Source of the DNA: Podarcis bocagei
Lineage: Eukaryota
Assembly (NCBI GenBank): GCA_964188305.1
Contig: OZ076886.1
Reading direction: 5' to 3' (one strand)
Length of the DNA stretch: 64,000 nucleotides
Part shown: positions 57,335-64,000 of the stretch, piece after piece
How positions within the stretch are numbered: the stretch's first letter is position 1
Layout: every line of letters starts with the position of its first letter
Notes under the pieces: generated by a model
What the model saw: the letters and a program-made list of their open reading frames with translations, nothing else
Databases searched by the model: none
Told to the model about the DNA's origin: nothing
Translations under genes and position numbers: made by a program

Positions 57335-59206
57335 CTGAGAGGAGAGGAGAGGAGAAGTCAGGCAGGGAGGCTTCAATGCATGGGCTCCTGGTTCAAGCTA
57401 GGTTCCTTTGCAGCCCAAGCCCACAATGTTTCTAGTCTTGAAGGCAGAGGTGCTAGAAAACCAGCCTGTGGTTCCAATAAAAAGTCAGCTGTTACCTTGA
57501 CTTCAGAGGTGTCAGCTTAGCCTTACTGTACTCCCAAGGTGTTCTAAAATCCCATCTTCTCAAATCTGTGTGGAAGCCACAGCTTTTAACTGTACCATCC
57601 TGGGGATAGCTCTGTCTGGGCACAATAAATAGGTCTTCCCCTGTTTTCCTGAGAGGGTGGCCAGGCTTCACTCATATGAGGATCCATGCAGCAAGTTAAA
57701 CTGGATTGTTGATGCCTATGCATATATTAAAACAGTAGGCATCTGTCGACTGGGAATAAGCCATAAACTGGCATATTCATGTTACATTGGTAGGCACCAG
57801 TGACCTGCCTGGTAGGCAGATCAATGACTGTGTGGATATTATACTGGCAAGTTTTTTGCAGTCTTAATCTGGGCCTAGGACCAGGAGGGAGAGTATGTGT
57901 GGTTTAAAATTAAATCCATTTTTAGAAAGAACCTGCTTCTGGAACTACAGATAAAGCTGCCCATCTTGCCTAGTTTCTTTGCCCAGGGGCTTGTGCAGTG
58001 AGTGTGATGTGAGATAGCACCAAGAACTTTCTTCCTGCTAGGTCTTAGCACAAGCATATTTAGACAGAGGTCTCTGCTAAGCCTGAAGAGAGCATTCTAA
58101 GGGCAACTATCCATTTTTGAACCAATCTAAAAGAGGGGACCCTTCAGGGCACCTAGATCAAGAAACTGCAGTATCCTGGGAATAGCACAGGCAAGCAGAA
58201 GTCATGCTGCACAGGTTTTAGCAACATCTGTTAGTAGCTGAATGGTTAGATCTAATCTTTCCAGTACAATTATTTGATACTGCAATTCTTCCCATAACCT
58301 TTCATATTTTACCTGGTTTCCTGTGTCTACACAGGTTTTAATCCAAAAACAGGAAGACACAGCGAGGCACACAGCCAGAGTACAACAATTCTACACAGAC
58401 ATCCCAACTCAACTCCACTTAGCTCAGAGGCTAAGCAGTGCATCATGAGATCAAGCAAAGCTGCAACTCATATTCTTGGTGCCATGGCTTATTTCTAAAT
58501 ATGGGAACAGGAGTGTCCCTTAAATCAACCAGTGAATAAGTCGTAGTGCTGGGGTGGGGAAGCTGTGACCCTCCAGAAGCCGGAATCCAACTTGTATCAT
58601 CCTTGATCAATGGCCATGCTGGCGGGAGGTGGGAATTCAACGTCTGGCAGGACACAAGTTCCCCACCCCGGCCCCAGTGGATTTGCTTGCTCATTTGAAA
58701 AATAAAAAGCTCAGCCACACACAATTTCCTTCATCAACCTCAACAATAGCCCTTGGCTAAAGTAGAAATACTGGCTTCCATATCGCAATCTCACCATTAA
58801 CAATTACAAGGTTGCTCAATGGAACTCAGTAACAACGTTATTTTTTAATTTTAATTTCTGAAACACTTCTATCCCGCCCCCCCAAGGTTGCAAATATTAA
58901 GGTGGGAGAGGCAGAGAGAGAAGTGCTGCTACTGTCAGTTAGTTATGATAGGTTGCCGCTACTAAAGTGGATTCTCAAGTACCAGTTTCCTGATACTTGG
59001 GCAGAAGTGATGATTTCAAGCAGGAATTATGGTTCAGAAGAATTGTGCCAGGTTCTATACAAAATACTTAACAAGTGAGCCCACTCTCAATGCTTGGGCA
59101 GCCCTCAACTTTCACTTCGAGAGCAGCTGTGTCAGCCATGAATAACAGATCAAAGTGCAATTCAACATGCTAGCTAGAATTCTGTCCTGGGATCTAAAGA
59201 GGTATA

Positions 59207-59458
59207 CAGTGCTACCTCTGGATGCGAACGGGATCTGTTCCGGAGCCCCGTTTGCATCCTGAAGTGAAATCAACCCGCGTCTGCGCGTGCATGGGTCACG
59301 ATTCCCCGCTTCCGTGCATGCGCATGACATCATTTTGGGCATCTGCGCATGCGCAAGCGGTGACACCTGGAAGTAACGCGTTCCGTTACTTCCAGGTTGC
59401 CGCAGAGCGTAACCTGAAAATGCTCAACCTGAAGCATATTTAACCCGAGGTATGACTG
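59207..59458. mobile_element. Tigger/pogo-like MITE with TA TSD
   Basis: ta|cagtgctacctc ... cgaggtatgactg|ta; internal tgcgcatgcgca motifs. Confidence 0.8.
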
Positions 59459-60264
59459 TACTTTTTAAAATATAAACAATGAAGCTCTATTACGGTAGCA
59501 AAATGTACACCTTCTGCTAAAAGAGCTCCCTTTATATTGCATCCATAATCCTGACAACTGTTGTGTAAGGTAGATCAGTATAACAGGTGGAGAAAGGGAT
59601 ACTGAGGCTAGTCAAAAGAGGTCATGAAGTGAGATTGTAACAAGGGATGTCTTAACACCCAGATCAGCTTATTCTTGATATGTTTCATTTTAATGTGCAG
59701 TGCGGTCCACGCTACAAAGATTTATAGGATGACAACATCATGGAGGACGTGAGACAGACCCCCAACAGAAGAGTAAGGGATTTTAAAATCGCAGTTCATC
59801 TCAATTAGTACCAGTTCATGAAAACTACTAAAGGTGATGCTTGCTTCTCTTGCAAGTGACCACAAAATGCTTGTACATAATCCTTTGGGGCAGAGGATAG
59901 GAGTAAACCAATGGAGTACAGGTCCTTTGAATTCAACTCCAAAAAGGAAGCTTCCTCAGCTAGAAAATGAATTAAGGAGAGCTGACTATTTCTGAAATGT
60001 GTATAAATATATTTAAAGGCATAATCATTTTTATTGCTAAGGACAAGAGAATTCTAAAATGGCCAGTGCAGGATTTTTAAATTCCCTGAAAAGGAGCTTC
60101 TAGTATAACCTGAAAGCAAAGAAAGAAAATAGAGGAAATGGATGAAAATTTCTGCAGTCCAGGTTGACAAAAAGCACAGCTAAATGGTCTCACTAGCAAG
60201 TCCATGCAAATGCTTCCACCACACAACAGTTTTCCCCCCAATGCCCACCCAGTGGCTGGGTGAC

Positions 60265-60329
60265 ACAAGGGGAGTGTAGAGGTTGTTCCATCAAACAAGG
60301 GGAGTGTAGAGGTTGTTCCATCAAACAAG
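60265..60329 (+). repeat. Exact 30-bp tandem duplication (acaaggggagtgtagaggttgttccatcaa x2)
   Basis: Two identical units plus a 5-bp partial unit. Confidence 0.95.
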
Positions 60330-62299
60330 CAGAACTGCTTGCACCGATAGAGCAATCTCCTCAGCGCTACCTTGAATTTCTCTAAACTTACTCAATTACC
60401 AGAAAGGCAAAGATTAAAGCATTAATTACGATGTATGCTATAAATACAACATAGAGGAAATAGTATGGGTTTTATTAAGGTTTTCTGTTGCAACAGTGTA
60501 AACAAATTTCTACTGAGAAGTTTGGAGGATGTGTTGGTAGGATTGGTTCTGTGGGCTAAGGAGCAGAAGAATCTAAAGGTGCTTCAATTTCCATCAAAGG
60601 ACTGGGGTATATGGGTGGGTCCTGACTAGCTAAGTCACTAATCTTATAAGCAGCTAACTAGCTGAGGCCTAGTTTTCACAAATAGCAGATCAAGTCTGGC
60701 AGATCAATGGTAGAAATATAAGTGTCATCATACAAACATCTGCTCTCCAGGTTGTCTCCACCTGGCAGGTATGAAAAGCATTAACCTATTTGCTTATTTT
60801 AGGGGATGAAAACTATTTAAAAGAGGTGGAAATGTTATTGCTGCAAAAATGGGAGATTCAACTCTGATGAAGTCTCAAACACTATTGAATTACATTAAGA
60901 AACCATGATTTAATGTGATATTCCTTCCTGGTCTCCCATAGTTTTCAGAAACACTGCAGTCTTGCTCATGGAACAGCTATGTTGTATAGCTTAGGTTTGG
61001 CAAAAAAATTTCATAAAGTTTTCAATGGCATAGGTTTTAGATTTAAAGGAGCCACACAGAGAAATTCAAAAAATCTTTTTGATCACCATAATGTATCTTT
61101 GTGATGTCTTGGGAGAACTATGGAAGTTTGCTCAGAAACAATGTAAAGAATAAAAACTCATTATGAGCCATACATTTGTTCCTTTAACTGGCTTTTTCAT
61201 TCTTTTTATAATTTGGCTTTTCTTCCCACACCAGAGTACATAGGTTAAAGAAAGGGTATATGACTTTGCAAGTGACTTCAAAAGCAAAGCACTACAGCAA
61301 TTAGTGAAGTTAACAGAATTCTGGATTGAGGGGACAGCCCATCCATTTTGAAAATCAACACTACAAAAATGAACAGAGATTGGTCTTAAGCTCATCAAAA
61401 ACCCATCTGGTAGGATCCATGTCATTTCAAATTTTTCTTGGAACATATGCTGATATTCAACATTAGTCATGCTCAGAACAGACCTTCTCAAATAAATGGA
61501 CTCTGGGTTGGACATAGGTCCATATCACTATAGTATTTTAAGCCTCCGCAGTTCAAATCCGTCAAACACTTTTGACTGCCATCTTAATATGTACACCATT
61601 TCTGTAGATAGTTTCGGGCAATATTCTGTTTATAAGTTAAAGAATCAGGGACAATTTTTTGATTTAGAGTTACATTTTGTATCTGTTTCTTTTACTACAA
61701 CATTTTTTTATGAGTACCTTAGGGTTCTGAAAGAGCAAGGGATCCAGGGGCCAAAATACCAAGAGGGTGAGTCAGGATTATGTCTACAACAAAAATGACT
61801 GCAGTTATAAGCAAATGATAATTTTCATAGATTTTTCTGGACAGAAAATCATCATTTCACCAAGTCCCACACTGAGCAGACATTTACAAGTGAACTGAGC
61901 TACAATCTCAAAAGTTTTCTTCTGGCTTCACTTGTTTTTTTTTTAAAAAATCTCTCTTATAAAACATTCAGTCTTACCTCTCCAATGGCTCTCTATTGCA
62001 TGCTCTTATAGAAGTGGTTTGGGGCTTCCTACTATTGGGGACACTTTGATTTGTCAAGCACAGATAGGATTGTGCCTATAGCAAACTGCAAGCAGTAGAT
62101 TAAAGTTGCTTAAGAATCTCTATTAACAAAAGCAAACCAGTGACCAATGAAGCAGTATAATTTAACCCTGGAGGAAGTGAAACTTATAAAGTGAAAATAA
62201 TACCTTAATAAGAGTATTGTGATGGACAAACACTGCAAAGTTTATTGGCAAAGAAGTAGCAGTTTTGCCATTTAAAAATGTGTTCCAGAAGCCTCTGCA

Positions 62300-62438
62300 G
62301 CAGCGGAAGCAAACACAGTGCTCTCCAAATGCTGTTGGACTCAAACTCCCATCAGCCCAGCTGGCTTGGCTAATGGTCAGGTAAGATGGGAATTCAAGTC
62401 CAGCAACATATGGAGGGCAACATGTTGGGTACCCCTGC
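62300..62438. mobile_element. Degenerate copy of the palindromic hAT MITE family (other relics near 17040, 21145, 22110, 22940, 58550)
   Basis: ctccaaatgctgttggactcaaactcccatc..gatgggaattcaagtccagcaacatatggagggc. Confidence 0.7.
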
Positions 62439-64000
62439 TCTACAGAACTCATTGCTGTTTTCTCCTGCCTCCTTAGGAACATAATGTTTCTTATACAGTC
62501 AGTCTCATGGGACTAAACCAGTTTGGCAGTGAGTAATTCTATTTGGGAATATGGTTTGCCAAAAAACTGCATTTCAGCTGCCTTGATACACAAACAATTA
62601 TCTAGGTAGATATGAGTTTTTGTACCAGGCTGGCTTATATCCAAATCATATGTGCCATATCTAGCACAATGCAACTGTGCTTGCTTGGCCCCTGGTAGTG
62701 GGTCTGAACTATGTGATATGCCTCTCCTGATTGATGCAAGAGGAGTGGCTTATATTAATCTCGGGGCTTATTCATATGTTGTAAGACAGACAGAAGTGGC
62801 AGCTTTCACTTTCCCCCCAATTCAACTGTAACTTGGGATTTGTTTATCTCTGAGATCTGCAGGTTCCACATTAATGAAGTCTTGAACTTCTTCTTATACC
62901 CTTCTTTATAACATAAGAAAGAGTTTTCAGAACCAGTAGCAGAATCACATTTGTTGAAGTAAGGAGAAAGAGAGGCAGATATCATGAAAGGACACCGGCT
63001 TCTCTCTGGTTTCGCCATCTTTAATGGAGCTACGGTACCCTCCAACACAAGGACAGTCAGGATGCTTCTGCAAACAGAAAAGGGCTTGATCTTCTTGGGT
63101 TAAGCACGTGCTTTCTTTGATGTGCAGTTTGAAAGGTGAGCATATGAACCAAAGTTTCAACTGAACTGTCCAGACTAGCATGGTCCCATTGGATGGGGAC
63201 CCTCTGGAGAGCAGCAGAGAATTCTGCCTGGAAGCTGATGGGCATGAAGAAAGTAGAGGATTATCAATCATGCTGCACCGAACAGGATAAAGGGTATACT
63301 CTCTTAATCCTAGATATCAATATACCAATTCAGAAACCCAGAAACTTTAATGCTTGTGAAAATACTGTATGGCAAATCTAGCTGCTATTCTCCCCATCAC
63401 ACCCTACTGCACTGCACACCTCCCCCTTGCATCCAAATATAGTAATAGCCTGTAAAGGAGAAATCCATTCTTATAACACGCTCCCCGCTCAAGCTCTCAA
63501 TCGAAGAAGCCTGCATGCTACACTACAGCTTGATCATGCAAACCTGTCAGCCTGTCTGCCAAAAGGAGAACCACAGCAAAGGAGAAAATCATGCTGCAGA
63601 AATGGTCAATCAATCCAGTACAATACTGGAAAAGGTTACATTAAAGGGGAAGAAGACGGTTGTAGTGGGAAGAACAGGACATGGAAGAAAGCCAAAACAG
63701 AAGCAGAGCAAAGCAGGAAGGTTCAGTTGATGGGCATAAGCAGGTACTGCACACAGAATGGAAGCAGAGGAAAGGAGAAACACTAGTTAGGCTGCTGACA
63801 TTGGATTATTCACCAGATACTTCAGATGATGTGGTTTGCCAGCTATGGGGCATAACCCTACATGGCCATTTCAGGCCAGCACTGACGGAATTCAACATGA
63901 ACTCTACTTTGAACGACAATGGCTAGGAACAGGGAGGCAGAAGTGCAGGCAGAGCAGACTTACACATTTTGCAAGCTTCATAAATCAGCTTGAATTACTG

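Noticed and set aside
61978-62075. Possible MAP2K7 cassette exon (tag acceptor, GAG|GTAAGA donor)
   Set aside because: 98 bp with an in-frame stop, and no match to the known 48-nt MKK7 alternative exon, which I could not find in the window.

Overview
Vertebrate genomic DNA from a squamate reptile (Sauria SINEs, L2/CR1 LINE tails and hAT/Tc1-mariner MITEs; probably a lacertid lizard, which is an inference). It holds three spliced genes, reconstructed by eye from splice sites and remembered homology. (1) The last 8 coding exons of EVI5L on + (4266-10078), followed by a long 3'UTR. (2) A complete, reading-frame-consistent 15-coding-exon TGFBR3/betaglycan-like gene on - (ATG 32442, stop about 19664, about 754 aa), called TGFBR3L because it lies directly downstream of MAP2K7. 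(3) Ten coding exons of MAP2K7 (MKK7) on - (57334-50889), with an apparently ~8.8 kb 3'UTR; its first exon(s) lie beyond the window. The most interesting signal is the TGFBR3L architecture. It keeps the full N-terminal orphan domain that mammalian TGFBR3L lacks, but has lost the two central ZP-N exons (the C2-C3 cysteine pair and the glycosaminoglycan-attachment segment) while keeping C1 and C4. It has an unusual cytoplasmic tail and a TATA promoter with clustered NR5A1/SF-1, forkhead and SMAD motifs typical of pituitary gonadotropes. Also notable: a TSD-flanked 2.1 kb half-L1-like retroelement, gene order inverted relative to human, and candidate alternative exons in EVI5L and MAP2K7. No prokaryotic features, CRISPR arrays or RNA genes were seen.
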